A DNA stretch of 64,000 nucleotides from Heterodontus francisci (taxonomy: Eukaryota). Position numbers and translations under genes: made by a program. The stretch covers positions 7,936,001 through 8,000,000 of the forward strand of contig NC_090404.1 of NCBI RefSeq assembly GCF_036365525.1. Direction: 5' to 3'. The notes below the pieces were generated by a model, which saw only the letters and a program-made list of their open reading frames with translations, was not told the origin of the DNA and did no database searches. Shown piece by piece: positions 10,431 through 23,339 of the stretch. Positions within the stretch are counted from its first letter, which is position 1. Each line of letters starts with the position of its first letter.

Positions 10431-11370
10431 GCCGCAGGTTTCTGGGTCACAGCTGCTGTTTCTAACAGCGGATCACACACTGACACGTGAATACATTCCT
10501 GTGCGGGCAGAACCCGAGCACAATCCACATAAACACCATCTAAAATCATTCACATCGAACACTGATTCAGTCTGATTATCACATTAACTGTGTGAGGGCA
10601 GAATTGGCTGCTGTTTATTTGTGTATCTCTGGGAACTCGCCATTCACATTGAGAATACAAACTCCAGCAGGTGACCTGAAACTAGTTATATCCGTGTACC
10701 GCTACTTCCGATTTAACACACTGCAAATGAACAAATAATGTTTGGTTTAAAATATCAGTCTGCAGTGTAAACAGAGGTAAGCCAGGTGGGAAAGATCCTG
10801 ATAATTCTAACTTGATTAAATATTTCCTCGTGCTAAAAATGCTTACACATATTAAAACTAAGAATCCACAATAGAAACAGGTTCCAAGACGTCGTTTTCA
10901 GGATCAGATTGGAAGTTGCCTGATAATGATTAATGGACTAATCATCTGTAAGGACAGGAGTGGTGTGTTCTCGGCACCAGAAGACCGACTGAATCCAAAA
11001 AGGCCATTAAAAGGTATCAGAAAGTTTGTGATGGTGAGATACAAACCATGAACAGGACATTGTGCAAAGACTGGAAAACAACGCGGCACTCACTAAAGCG
11101 GGTGATATATTTTACAAGAAGATTTAATGGTTTAACATGCTCATTATTAACTAACAAATAACCTGAAGACATTGGAATGCTATCTAGTTAGCAAAATGTA
11201 ACTAAAATATAAAATATACAACACAAAAAATCTCAAAAATGTGAACGATGCAAGTTTGAGTCAGTGCAGAGCAAAAGATCAACACTACCAAAGGAAACGG
11301 ATAATATCAGTTCTGTTGTGTCTATTGTCTTACCTGGTAACATGCTTAGCAATCTGACTTGTTAACTGTG

Positions 11371-14210
11371 AACAAAGAACAAAGTACAGTACAGGACAGG
11401 AACAGGCCATTCGGCCCTCCAAGCCTGCGCTGATCTTGATGCCTGACTAAACTAAAACCTTCTGCACTTCCTGGGACCGTATCCCTCTATTCCCAACCTA
11501 TTCATGTATTTGTCAAGATGTCTCTTAAACGTCGCTATCGTATCTGCTTCCACCACCTCCCCGGCAGCAAGTTCCAGGCACTCACCACCCTCTGTGTAAA
11601 GAACTTGCCTCGCACATCCTCTCTAAACTTTGCCCCTCTCACCTTAAACCTATGTCCCCTAGTAACTGACTCTTGCACCTTGGGAAAAAGCTTCTGACTA
11701 TCCACTCTGTCCATGCCACTCATAACTTTGTAAACCTCTATCATGTCGCCCCTCCACCTCCGTCGTTCCAGTGAAAACAATCCGAGTTTATCCAACCTCT
11801 CCTCATAGCTAATGCCCCCCAGACCAGGCAACATCCTGGTAAACCTCCTCTGTACCCTCTCCAAAGCCTCCACGTCCTTCTGGTAGTGTGGCGACCAGAA
11901 TTGCACGCAATATTCTAAGTGTGGCCCAACTAAGGTTCTGTACAGCTGCAGCATGACTTGCCAATTTTTATACTCTATGCCCCGACCGATGAAGGCAATC
12001 ATGCCGGATGCCTTCTTGACTACCTTATCCACCTGCGTTGCCACTTTCAGTGACCTGTGGACCTGTACGCCCAGATCTCTCTTCCTGTCAATACTCGTGA
12101 GGGTTCTGCCATTTACTGTATACTTCCCACCTGCATTAGACCTTCCAAAATGCATTACCTCACATTTGTCCGGATTAAACTCCATCTGCCATTTCTCCGC
12201 CCAAGTCTCCAGCCTATCTATATCCGGCTGTATCCTCCGACAATCCTCATCACTATCCGCAACTCCACCAACCTTTGTGTCATCCGCAAACTTACTAATC
12301 AGACCAGCTACATTTTCCTCCAAATCATTTATATACACTACAAACAGCAAAGGTCCCAGCACTGATCCCTGCGGAACCCCACTAGTCACATCCCTCCATT
12401 CAGAAAAGCACCATCCCACTGCTACCCTCTGTCTTCTATGACCGAGGCAGTTCTGTATCCATCTTGCCAGCTCCCCTCTGATCCCGTGTGACTTCACCTT
12501 TTGTACCAGTCTGCCATGAGGGACCTTGTCAAAGGCTTTACTGAAGTCCATATAGATAACATCCACTGCCCTTCCTTCATCAATCATCTTTGTCACTTCC
12601 TCAAAAAACTCAATCAAATTAGTGAGACACGACCTCCCCTTCACAAAACCATGTTGTCTCTCGCTAATAAGTGCGTTTGTTTCCAAATGGGAGTAAATCC
12701 TGTCCCGAATAATCCTTTGTAATAATTTCCCTACCACTGACGTAAGGCTCAATGGCCTATAATTTCCTGGATTATCCTTGCTACCCTTCTTAAACAAAGG
12801 AACAACATTGGCTATTCTCCAGTCCTCTGGGACCTCACCTGTAGCCAATGAGGATGCAAAGATTTCTGTCAAGGCCCCAACAATTTCTTCCCTTGCCTCC
12901 CTCAGTATTCTGGGGTAGATCACATCAGGCCCTGGGGACTTATCTACCTTAATGCTTTGCAAGACACCCAACACCTCCTCCTTTTTGATAATGAGATGAC
13001 TGAGACTATCTGCACTCCCTTCCCTAGGCTCATCATCCACCAAGTCCTTCTCCTTGGTGAATACTGATGCAAAGTACTCATTTAGCACCTTGCTCATTTC
13101 CTCTGGCTCCACACGTAGATTCCTGTCCTTGAGTGGGCCAACCCTTTCCCTGGTTATCCTCTTGCTCTTTATATACGTATAAAAAGCCTTGGGATTTTCC
13201 TTAATCCTGTTTGCCAATGACTTTTCACGACCCCTTTTAGCCCTCCTGACTCCTTGCTTAAGTTCCTTCCTACTGTCTTTATATTCCTCAGGGGATTCGT
13301 CTGTTCCTAGCCTTCCAGCCCTTATGAATGCTTCCTTTTTCTTTTTGACTATGCTCACAATATCCCGCGTTATCCAAGCTTCCTAAAACTTGCCAAACTT
13401 ATCCTTCTTCCTCACAGGAACATGCTGGTCCTGGATTCTAATCAACTGACGTTTGAAAGACTCCCACATGTCAGATGTTTATTTACCCTCAAACAGCCGC
13501 CCCCAATCTAAATTCTTCAGTTCCTGTCTAATATTGTTATAATTTGCCTTCCCCCAATTTAGCACCTTCACCCGAGGACTGCTCTTATCCTTATCCACAA
13601 GTACCTTAAAACTTATGGAATTATGGTCACTGTTCCCGAAATGCTCCCCTACTGAAAGTTCGACCACCTGGCCGGGCTCATTCCCCAATACCAGGTCCAG
13701 TACGGCCCCATCACTAGTTGGACTATCTACATATTGTTTCAAGAAGCCCTCCTGGATGCTCCTTACAAATTCTGCCCCATCCAAGCCCCTAGCACTAAGT
13801 GATTCCCAATCAATATAGGGGAAGTTAAAATCACCCACCACTACAACCCTGTTACCTTTACATCTTTCCAAATTCTGTCTACATATCTGCTCCTCTACCT
13901 CCCGCTGGCTGTTGGGAGGCCTGTAGAAAACCCCCAACACCGTGACTGCACCCTTCCTATTCCTGAGCTCCACCCATATTGCCTCGCTGCATGACCCCTC
14001 CGCGGTGTCTTCCCGCAGTACAGCTGTGATATTCTCCTTAACAAGTAATGCAACTCCCCCACCCCTTTTACATCCCCCTCTATCCCGCCTGAAGCTTCTA
14101 AATCCTGGAACGTTTAGCTGCCAATCCTGTCCTTCCCTCAACCAAGTCTCTGTCATAGCAACAATATCATAGTTCCAAGTACTAATCCAAGCTCTAAGTT
14201 CATCTGCCTT
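11371..14210 (-). mobile_element. CR1 LINE, 5'-truncated, near-complete ORF2 (young family)
   Basis: ORFs 13479-14156 (endonuclease: TETWL, VGDFN, SDH) and 11535-13358 (RT: [19 protein letters not shown]), split by nonsense codons. Short-repeat 3' tail at ~11371. Closely similar to copies at 47368-50101 and 62866-64000. Confidence 0.95.
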
Positions 14211-14353
14211 GTCTTTGCTTTGTCTTGTACTAACTGCAACTATTTCATTATCACAACCGTTTTGGTGTCGTGCTCTTCAGAATGTCTTTTGAAAGAAACT
14301 GGTAAACAATAGCTCTTTGGATTGAAGGAAACTGCTGGGAGAAATTCTGATGT

Positions 14354-14372
14354 ATTCCACCAGATGGCAGCA
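14354..14372 (+). promoter_or_regulatory. Strong CTCF motif
   Basis: ATTCCACCAGATGGCAGCA; a weaker opposite-strand match CTGCCAGAAGGCGC lies at ~14489-14502. Confidence 0.6.
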
Positions 14373-14809
14373 AACACCGAGTAATCATCCCGCAGCAACT
14401 GTCTACAATTGCTGATCTCTGCCAATATTCTGCAGGTGACACTCAGAATCGCCCATTTACTGCTCCGCTGAGGCTCCTGGGGGTAACTGCGCCTTCTGGC
14501 AGGTCTGGGACTTGTCTATCAGAAACTCAGTGGTTTAAAATCTTCTTGTGCTCCTAGATCCGACTCGATTAAATTGGGGAGTTCACTTGTCTTCAGGGAA
14601 GTGGATTCTCCAGCCTGTCTCTGTCAATCTCGATGGTCCGTAGGTAAATAATAGACTCCGGTCACTTCTACAAATTCTAATACCCATTCTGTCAATATTC
14701 GCACAATCTGGTTTAAGATGATCCAGTGAGAAGTGTGAAATCCATTCGCACCACGAAACATAACCTTTGCCGAGTTTTCGCTCGCCTTTGGGGCTGTCTC
14801 AATTATTAA

Positions 14810-15290
14810 ATGCACTCGACACGATCTCTGTTTATATTATACTAGTCCCTATCTCTGTTTATATTACTCTAGTCCCTGTCCCTTTTTATATTAAACTAGA
14901 CCCAGTCTCAGTTATAAGCACCCGACCATTTCCTGTTCCGATTACACTTGGCCCAATCTCACTCATTGCTGCACGAGGCCATGTCTCTGTTCATAATACA
15001 GTAGACACTGTCGCTCTTTATGTTCAAATAGACCCTGTTTCAGTTATTACTGCACTAGACCATGTCGCTGCTAATTTTACATGAGTCCCTGGTATACCAT
15101 ACTAGGCCCTATCTCAATAATTTCTGCATTAGACTTGCCTCTGTTTATACTACATTAAGGATTATGTTTGTTGTGATTAGACCAGGTCATACCTCTGTTT
15201 ATATTACATTATACCTTTTCTCTTTTACATTATATTAGGCCCTATCTCAGTTATTGCTTCACTAGACCATGCCTCTGTTTATATTCTGCA
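14810..15290. repeat. Degenerate ~27-bp tandem repeat
   Basis: Unit like ctagtccctatctctgtttatattact, repeated with divergence. Confidence 0.75.
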
Positions 15291-15658
15291 GTACATTATC
15301 AGTACCGGTGCAGTGAGATGGAGAGTTTAAAGATACAGAGACAGATACCAACCTGACTGCAAGTCAGTGACTCTGAATTGCCCTCATATAGCAGAGGCCT
15401 GTCACTCAAATCCCGCTCTGCTCAGCCCAGAGCCCCTCACCTTCCAAGTAACAGCTTTCTGTATGTCAGACTACGTCCCCCAGGTGTGATAGAGTCCACG
15501 GGGCGTTGTCAGTATCCAGAATGGTTGTGGTGGGGGCCGTGGGGTGTGAGGAGTGGCTTCTGTCATGTGCCTGTGGCCTGAATGTTTCCTTCCTGGGCCA
15601 GTCTGAGGCCTCTGCTACTGGTGTCCAAGTCTCAGGGCTGCTGCCTGGGGATCATCTT

Positions 15659-16375
15659 TTAACCATTGAGTTCAGAGAGTCTCTGAGCTGATCCACTGAG
15701 AGAATCCGCACTCACCTGCACAGGAACATTGATCAGATCTCCTTTTCATTATGTATAATAGTTTTATTTTAACCTGTTGTTTGTTTTTCTCTGTTACCTG
15801 TCTGTTTTTCTTTTCAATCTCGCATTTTTAATGATTCCCCGCGACTGTTCATGACAATGAGGGAGCCTGGGGGTGTGAAGGGAATGGGGGAGATGGGGAG
15901 AAAGCAGCAAAAGGAAAAGCCGAATAGCTGGGGATAAATTGGGCTAAAAGAAAATCCGGTCAAAGCACAAAAAAAGAGACCGCTGGTTAAAATTGTGCAA
16001 GAGTGCAATGAAAGAAAAATCTGAGCAATTCACCAGTGGAAGTGAGTGAGGCCCCCCAGGGTTGATCAGTCCTACCCCTGCATGTGCTCAATGTTTAGAA
16101 ACTGAGCAATGTACCTGTGCAGCTGAGTGAAGCTCCCCAAGGCGGATCAGCTCAGTGCCTCTCTATACTCAATCATTAAAGATCTGAGCAATGTATCTTT
16201 GCAGGTTATTGATGTCCCTCACAATGGATCATCTGACTCAGATCTCAATGGTTTGAGATGAGATTTTTGCCTGTGCAGGTGAGTGCGGCCACCCACGGCG
16301 CATCTGCTGTGTACCTGTCTGCGTTCAATGGTTGAAGATTTGATCAATGTAGCTGTGCAGGTGAGTCAACCTCCC
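15659..16375. repeat. ~81-bp degenerate tandem repeat (16020-16375) plus one inverted monomer (15659-15741)
   Basis: ctgagcaat recurs at 16021, 16102 and 16184; the reverse complement of 15659-15741 (agatctgatcaatgttcctgtgcaggtgagtgc...ggatcagctc...ctcaatggtt) matches the unit. Confidence 0.75.
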
Positions 16376-17639
16376 TCCACCCCCAATAGTTTGGCCCCGT
16401 GCCTGTCTGTACACTCCACCAAGAGAGAATCGAACCACCTTGCCTTGGCATTCAACAGCAATACCATCGCTGAATCTCCCATTCTAGATTCATATTAGAA
16501 CGATGATATGTGCTGTTACTGAACAAACAACAAAACAGACATAAATAATAAACTCTCGCTGTAATTTAAACAGCGTTTCCCTGGTTTGCATTTATACGGC
16601 GATTTAAATCCTTTCTGGTAAATTCTGACATCTTTGTGTCCGTCATGATGAAGTTAAATATCCATAATCTAGAGATTCTGGATTTGAAATGAAAGAAAAT
16701 TGAGAGAGCGGTGCATCGGTTTATTTTTTAACATGGGCTGAAAGTGGCGGGAGCAGAGCGCGGGGAACGAGTTCAAAGCCTCCAGGGTGAGGTGTAGGGC
16801 GGATTCTCATTAACAAGAACCCAACACCAGCAGGACAGGAAAAACTGTCCTTTATAACTTTCACTCAGATTAGCAAAAGGAGGGAATCTGAAAAAGAAAC
16901 TAAATAGAGGCAGGGTTCGGTTAGTCTTTCTCTCCTGTAACATCGATCTCCACTAACGGTACAGTGAATGGATTCAGCAATCAGATCTCAGGGTGCGTGT
17001 TTCATTCACATTTTAATATTCTTTCCCCATCTTCTACACCTTCCATTCACAGGTCAGAGAGACAGCAGCAAAGGACGGTGCTAATGGGGGTAATATCCAT
17101 TTGTAAGGAATGGAATTGAATCATAATGTATCCATTTTAAATTATATAACTCGGCCTCTCTATAAGAGCTGCGGTACTGTCACATTCATTACATATTGGG
17201 GGAAAGCAGGCTTTGGCAGGAGTTGTGAGCATTATTATATTAAGCAATAAGCAAAATCTTCCTCGCTGAAGTTGTTTTTGAAGCAGAGCTGAATCTATGG
17301 GCAGTCGGGTTGAAGTGATTCTGAATGAAGGCACAGAGAAGTTGTTTATAACTGTAAACTAAAGAAGGAAATGTACACAATTGTGGGTAATGAATGGAGA
17401 CAGGGCGCACAAAGTAACACGTAGACAGGGAAAGGGCATCAAAAGACAAAAGGTGTACAAAGGCATCAGAAATCGAATTGTAAAACTCATTTTTCTGATA
17501 AATGCATGTTGCAGTCATGAATTAAAATAACTGCGCAAGTGGGCCTCGCCTGTTGTTGCTGAGGTTTGTGATTTGTTACAGTTTTAAGAAGGTGCTTGTG
17601 ACTCTCAATGTAGAAGCTGCATTATTGCTTCTGCTCAGA

Positions 17640-17805
17640 AAGGATGGATAGAAAATTGGTTGGCAGACAGGAAACAAAGAGTAGGGATAGGTCTTTTTCT
17701 GAATGGTAGGCAATGATGAGTGGGGTTCCGCAGGGAACGGTGCTAGGACCCCAGCTATTCACAATATATACCAACGATTTAGATGAGGGAACTAAATGTA
17801 ATATC
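17640..17805 (+). mobile_element. CR1 RT fragment
   Basis: [24 protein letters not shown]. Confidence 0.85.
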
Positions 17806-17811
17806 AATATT

Positions 17812-19572
17812 ACACACTGCACCCCACAGAGACATTACAAACTGCCCCCTCCCGGAGACAGCTCAGTATCAGACACTGAACACACAGCACCCCACAGAGA
17901 CATCACAAACTGCCCCCTCCCGGGGACAGCTCAGTATCAGACACTGAACACACTGCACCCCACAGAGACATCACAAACTGCCCCCTCCCGGGGACAGCTC
18001 AGGATCAGACACTGAACACACTGCACCCCACAGGGACATCACAAACTGCCCCCTCCCGGGGACAGCTCAGGATCAGACACTGAACACACTGCACCCCACA
18101 GAGACATCACAAACTGCCCCCTCCCGGGGACAGCTCAGGATCAGACACTGAACACACTGCACCCCACAGAGACATCACAAACTGCCCCCTCCCGGAGACA
18201 GCTCAGGATTAGACACTGAACACACTGCACCCCACAGAGACATCACAAACTGCCCCCTCCCGGGGACAGCTCAGGATCAGACACTGAACACACTGCACCC
18301 CACAGGGACATCACAAACTGCCCCCTCCCGGGGACAGCTCAGTATCAGACACTGAACACACTGCACCCCACAGAGACATCACAAACTGCCCCCTCCCGGG
18401 GACAGCTCAGGATTAGACACTGAACACACTGCACCCCACAGGGACATCACAAACTGCCCCCTCCCGGGGACAGCTCAGTATCAGACACTGAACACACTGC
18501 ACCCCACAGAGACATCACAAACTGCCCCCTCCCAGGGACAGCTCAGGATTAGACACTGAACACACTGCACCCCACAGAGACATCACAAACTGCCCCCTCC
18601 CAGGGACAGCTCAGGATTAGACACTGAACACACTGCACCCCACAGGGACATCACAAACTGCCCCCTCCCGGAGACAGCTCAGTATCAGACACTGAACACA
18701 CTGCACCCCACAGGGACATCACAAACTGCCCCCTCCCGGGGACAGCTCAGGATCAGACACTGAACACACTGCACCCCACAGAGACATCACAAACTGCCCC
18801 CTCCCGGAGACAGCTCAGGATTAGACACTGAACACACTGCACCCCACAGAGACATCACAAACTGCCCCCTCCCGGGGACAGCTCAGGAACAGTCACTGAT
18901 CACACAGCACCCCACAGAGACATCACAAACTGCCCCCTCCCGGGGACAGCTCAGGATTAGACACTGAACACACTGCACCCCACAGAGACATCACAAACTG
19001 CCCCCTCCCTGGGACAGCTCAGGATCAGACACTGAACACACTGCACCCCACAGAGACATCACAAACTGCCCCCTCCCGGGGACAGCTCAGGAACAGTCAC
19101 TGATCACACAGCACCCCACAGAGACATCACAAACTGCCCCCTCCCGGGGACAGCTCAGGATCAGACACTGATCACACAGCACCCCACAGAGACATCACAA
19201 ACTGCCCCCTCCCGGGGACAGCTCAGGATCAGACACTGATCACACTGCACCCCACAGGGACATCACAAACTGCCCCCACCCGGGGACATCTCAGGAACAG
19301 TCACTGATCACACTGCACCCCACAGGGACATCACAAACTGCCCCCTCCCAGGGACAGCTCAGGAACAGTCACTGATCACACAGCACCCCACAGAGACATC
19401 ACAAACTGCCCCCTCCCGGGGACAGCTCAGGATTAGACACTGAACACACTGCACCCCACAGAGACATCACAAACTGCCCCCTCCCGGGGACAGCTCAGGA
19501 TCAGACACTGATCACACTGCACCCCACAGGGACATCACAAACTGCCCCCACCCGGGGACATCTCAGGGTCAG
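17812..19572. repeat. 68-bp minisatellite, ~26 copies
   Basis: Unit acactgaacacactgcaccccacagagacatcacaaactgccccctcccggggacagctcaggatcag; starts at 17873, 17941, 18009... Confidence 0.97.
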
Positions 19573-20417
19573 TGTTACAACCAGGTGAGGAAGAGGACTC
19601 AGTCTCCCCATTCGCCCCTTCTATGGTTTGACCACAACAGGGTTTTCCGTTTCAACATGGTGATTTAGCTTACCAAATCAGTGAACACTTGCTCCTGTTA
19701 CTCTAATATAACAGTGAATGTAAACAGACAGGTTTTCTTGCATTTCAATAAGAAAGATGTAAGTTTATTAACCTTATCACTCGAAACGGAATAAAGTTAC
19801 TAAAGTGCGTGATGCATCCATACTCACATTCATACGAGAGGCACACCTACACAAATAGACACAGAAGGGGGAAAAGAGTTGGGAGATTAAAGTAAAGTCC
19901 ATAACAAATGGAATTCAAATAGTGAGTTTCAATGTCCTTTGATGAAGTTAAAGTCTTGAAGTCCTGGTTGGGTCACGCACAATTCGGGTTTGTTATTTCT
20001 AGTTCTGGAAGGCATGTCATGTCTCTTTGTTTGAAAGCAGAAGTTTCTGGAAGGATTTTTGAAATTCAAAGTTCTTCAGAGAAACTTGGTGGGGTTTGGG
20101 TGGCTCTTGCAAAGTCAATGGGTGTCGATGGCTTTTGATGGACAACATTGATAAAAACCATAAATAAAAGCAAAATACTGCGGATGCTAAAAACCATTGT
20201 AGGTCATTGAATCAGGGCACGCCCCTATTGTTCTGGTAACCACTTCTGTCTCCCAACCAGACTTTGGCTTCCCATGTGCAAATTTTGTGTGGCCACCTTT
20301 AGCTGTTCTGTTCTTTTTAAAAGTTGTTTGTAATAATGTCAAGTAAAACGTTCCAGGCAGCGTTTCATGTGACCGAAAGTCATATTTTCCATTTGGCGTG
20401 TGGGCTTTGCCGTCACA
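19573..20417. mobile_element. Solo LTR (845 bp) with 4-bp TSD
   Basis: Begins TGTTACA and ends GTCACA. Flanked by TCAG at 19569-19572 and 20418-20421. Splits a minisatellite unit, which resumes at 20418. Confidence 0.8.
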
Positions 20418-20479
20418 TCAGACATTGAACACACTGCAACCCACAGGGACATCACAAACTGTCCCCTCCCAGCAAGGCG

Positions 20480-20830
20480 GGGAAGAATCTGCCGCATGCG
20501 CAGTGCCACTTTGATCAGAGATGTGCGAGTCCTGGAGCCGCTTTTGCAGCGGGTGAGAGTCGGTCGGGCGCAGGGGAGGAATGGAGCCGGCGGGTGGGCG
20601 GGGAGTCTTCAGAAACACCTGGTGTAGGCCGCAAGCCCCGAATAAGAACCACCAGGTCCCGCGTTGCAGCACCGGGGCTTTTTCCCGGGAACAGGTCCAG
20701 GAAAACGGCCGCCATTCTGGTTGAGCGGGGAGAAGAGCGCATGCGCTGCCATCTTGGTGACGCCACAAAGAGTGGGCGGGGCCTCAGGGTCCCTGCGACC
20801 CGGAGAGAAAATCATTGACTGATTTGATTC
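20480..20830 (+). promoter_or_regulatory. CpG-rich promoter of ZNF cassette 1
   Basis: NRF1-like GCATGCGCA and GCGCATGCGC, YY1-like CCGCCATT and GCCATCTTGG, GC boxes; homologous to 57880-58130 on the opposite strand. Confidence 0.7.
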
Positions 20831-21434
20831 TCACTCTGCAACACAGGGGCTGGAGAACTGAACCCAGTCAGAGTAGAGGGAGGGAGAAAACTGGCAGTGG
20901 AGGAAAGAAATGGTGCAGATGCTGCGATGGGTTTGGATTTCAGCACAGGGAGGAGGGAGAGTGTGTGGGGGAACAAGGGGGGAAAAAATGTTCTATAGAA
21001 ACTAGAATTGTCTGTTCAGAATTTCTATCCTGTACTGACAGTGATGACTTTTGTAAACTCCTTATTTACAGGATATTAGAAGGGGAGTATTTGCAGACTG
21101 AAAACTCAAACCAAAGATCACATCAAGATCTGGCAGAGTCACTCGAATCATCAGGACCTGAATATCAGCAGTCTTTGAATGTGGAAGGCGAAATGTTTGT
21201 CTGTTCTGATTGTGGGAAAAGATTTCAGACATCAGTGTGACTGGAAAAGCACCGAGACACACACACACCCGAGTGAGAGTGTTCACTGCACTGACTGCGG
21301 AAAGATCCTTCACTCGTTACACAGACTAAATAAACATCGCAGCATTGACACTGGGAAGAAACAGTGCATGTGTTCTGTGTGGACTAGGCTTTAACTGATT
21401 GTCCTTGTGTCTCTCCAGGTTGGACACTCACCCC

Positions 21435-22109
21435 ATGGAGAAGCAGTGGAAATGTGGGGACTGTGGGAAGGGATTCAGTTACCCGTCACTTCTGGAAATT
21501 CATAGGCGCAGTCACACTGGGGAGAGACCATTCACCTGCTCTGTGTGTGGGAAGGGATTCACTCAGTCATCCCACCTCAAAACACACCAGCAAGTTCACA
21601 CTGGAGAGAGGCCATTCACCTGCCTTGAATGTGGGAAGAAATTTAATGCTTTATCAAACCTCCTGTCACACCAGCGGGTTCACTCTGATAAGAGACCGTT
21701 TAAATGTTCTGACTGTGAGAAGAGATTTAAAAGCAAAAACCAGCTTCTGCAACACCAACGTACTCACACTGGGGAGAGGCCGTTCACCTGTGCTGTGTGT
21801 GGGAAGGAATTCACTCAATTATGCCACCTTCTGAGACACCAACAGCTTCACACTGGGGAGAGACCGTTCACCTGCTCTGAGTGTGGGAAAGGATTCATTC
21901 AGTCATCCCACCTCACTGAACACCAACTTGTTCACACTGATCAGAGGTTTTTTAAATGTTCTGACTGTGACAAGAGATTTAAAAGTAAAAACAATCTGCT
22001 GAGACACCAGCGAGTTCATACTGGGGAGAGGCCATTCACCTGCTCTGTGTGTGGGAAGGGATTTGCTAATTCAAACAATCTGCTGAGACACCAGCGAATT
22101 CACAAGTGA
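21435..22109 (+). CDS. Tandem C2H2 zinc-finger protein, 8 fingers (cassette 1)
   Basis: [14 protein letters not shown]...HQRIHK*, 224 aa, TGERPF linkers. Preceded by an acceptor at 21070-21071 and decayed fingers with stops (21072-21420). Confidence 0.85.
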   Translation: MEKQWKCGDCGKGFSYPSLLEIHRRSHTGERPFTCSVCGKGFTQSSHLKTHQQVHTGERPFTCLECGKKFNALSNLLSHQRVHSDKRPFKCSDCEKRFKSKNQLLQHQRTHTGERPFTCAVCGKEFTQLCHLLRHQQLHTGERPFTCSECGKGFIQSSHLTEHQLVHTDQRFFKCSDCDKRFKSKNNLLRHQRVHTGERPFTCSVCGKGFANSNNLLRHQRIHK

Positions 22110-23339
22110 CTGCAGGGATTGGATTCTGCTGTTATTGCTGTTGTTAATCACATCCAGAAGTGAATCCTGACTGGAAGGCTGTTTCCAGTTGGATTTCCAC
22201 AGGGCTCATCACTCGGCCACCTGCTTTTTGTGGTATATATCAATGATTTAGACTTAAATGTAGGGGCCATGGTTAAAATGTTTGCAGATGATGCAAAAAT
22301 TAGTTGTGTGGTTGACAATGAAGAAGAAAGCAGTAGACTGCAGGAAGATGTCAAAGGACTGGTCAAGTGGGCAGAAAAGAAGCAAATAGAATTCAACTCA
22401 GAGATATGTGAAGTAATGCATTTGGGGAGGGAAAAGAAGGCAAGAGAATACACAATAAATGGTAGGATCCTGGAAAGTGCAGAGGAACAGAGGGACTTGG
22501 GGTGCAAGTCCATAGATGCCTGAAGGTATCAGGACAGGTAGATAAGGTGGTCAAGAAGGCATGTGGGGTACTTTCCTTTATTAGCCAAGGCCTAGAATAT
22601 AAGAGCAGGGAGATCATGCTAGAACCTTATAAAACACTAGTTCACCTCCCCTCCCACCGCACCCCCCTTCCCCCCACCCCTTCTCCACAGCGAAAGAATC
22701 TGATAACTACATTTAATCAACTGTAAAGTAAGACTAGATCAATTAATTACCACAAAACTGATGCCAATTTAATAGTTTATCATATAATTACTGGCAGCAT
22801 TAAATTAATCAATCAGATCTAAGGGATAAAGTTAAATAACAAGGGATACTGACAATAAAGGGTTCTGAATTTTTAAGTAAATTAAAATCTGAGATATATC
22901 CATAATATGTCAACTCCTTGCAAAATAAAGTGGCATCAGCACAAAGGAAGCAGCTGACCGGTGAGCAGCTGATGAGTCTTTATTTATTTCAATCTTAAGT
23001 TTATTCCAGTTAAGTCAGTTAATAGTCGAATTCCAAGTGGGAACTCAAGGACACGTCTCATGTCCTGGACAATCACATGTGCAGGAAGTGATGTCAGCAG
23101 CAGGAAGCTAAGGGTAATAGTCAAAAGGTGTTTTTATGACTGGAAGGCTGTTTCCCATGGGGTTTCGCATGGTTCAGTACTATCGCAATATCAGTGTCAG
23201 GAGATATCGATGATTGAAAGTAGGGGGCATGATTAAGATGTTTGCAATCTTGTGGTTGAAAAGAAGAAAGCTGTAGACTGTAGGAAGATATCAATGGACT
23301 GGTCATGTGAGCAGAAAAGAGGCAAATGGAGTTCAATTA

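Noticed and set aside
14624-14815. Minus-strand ORF containing TGVYY, as a possible V remnant
   Set aside because: No Cys after YY, no WYxQ motif, no RSS.
14767-15084. Hydrophobic 105-aa ORF
   Set aside because: By-product of a 27-bp (9-codon) tandem repeat.
17812-19572. CRISPR-like array or cryptic RSS array
   Set aside because: Pure tandem units without unique spacers, in a eukaryotic context. CAC-starting heptamers lie 5, 17 or 24 nt from the poor nonamer ACAAACTGC, so there is no convincing 12/23 RSS.
20815-21240. 141-aa ORF as an N-terminal effector domain of the ZNF
   Set aside because: Starts at TTG, runs through intron-like sequence across the acceptor, and ends at a TGA within a decayed finger; not open in the paralogues.
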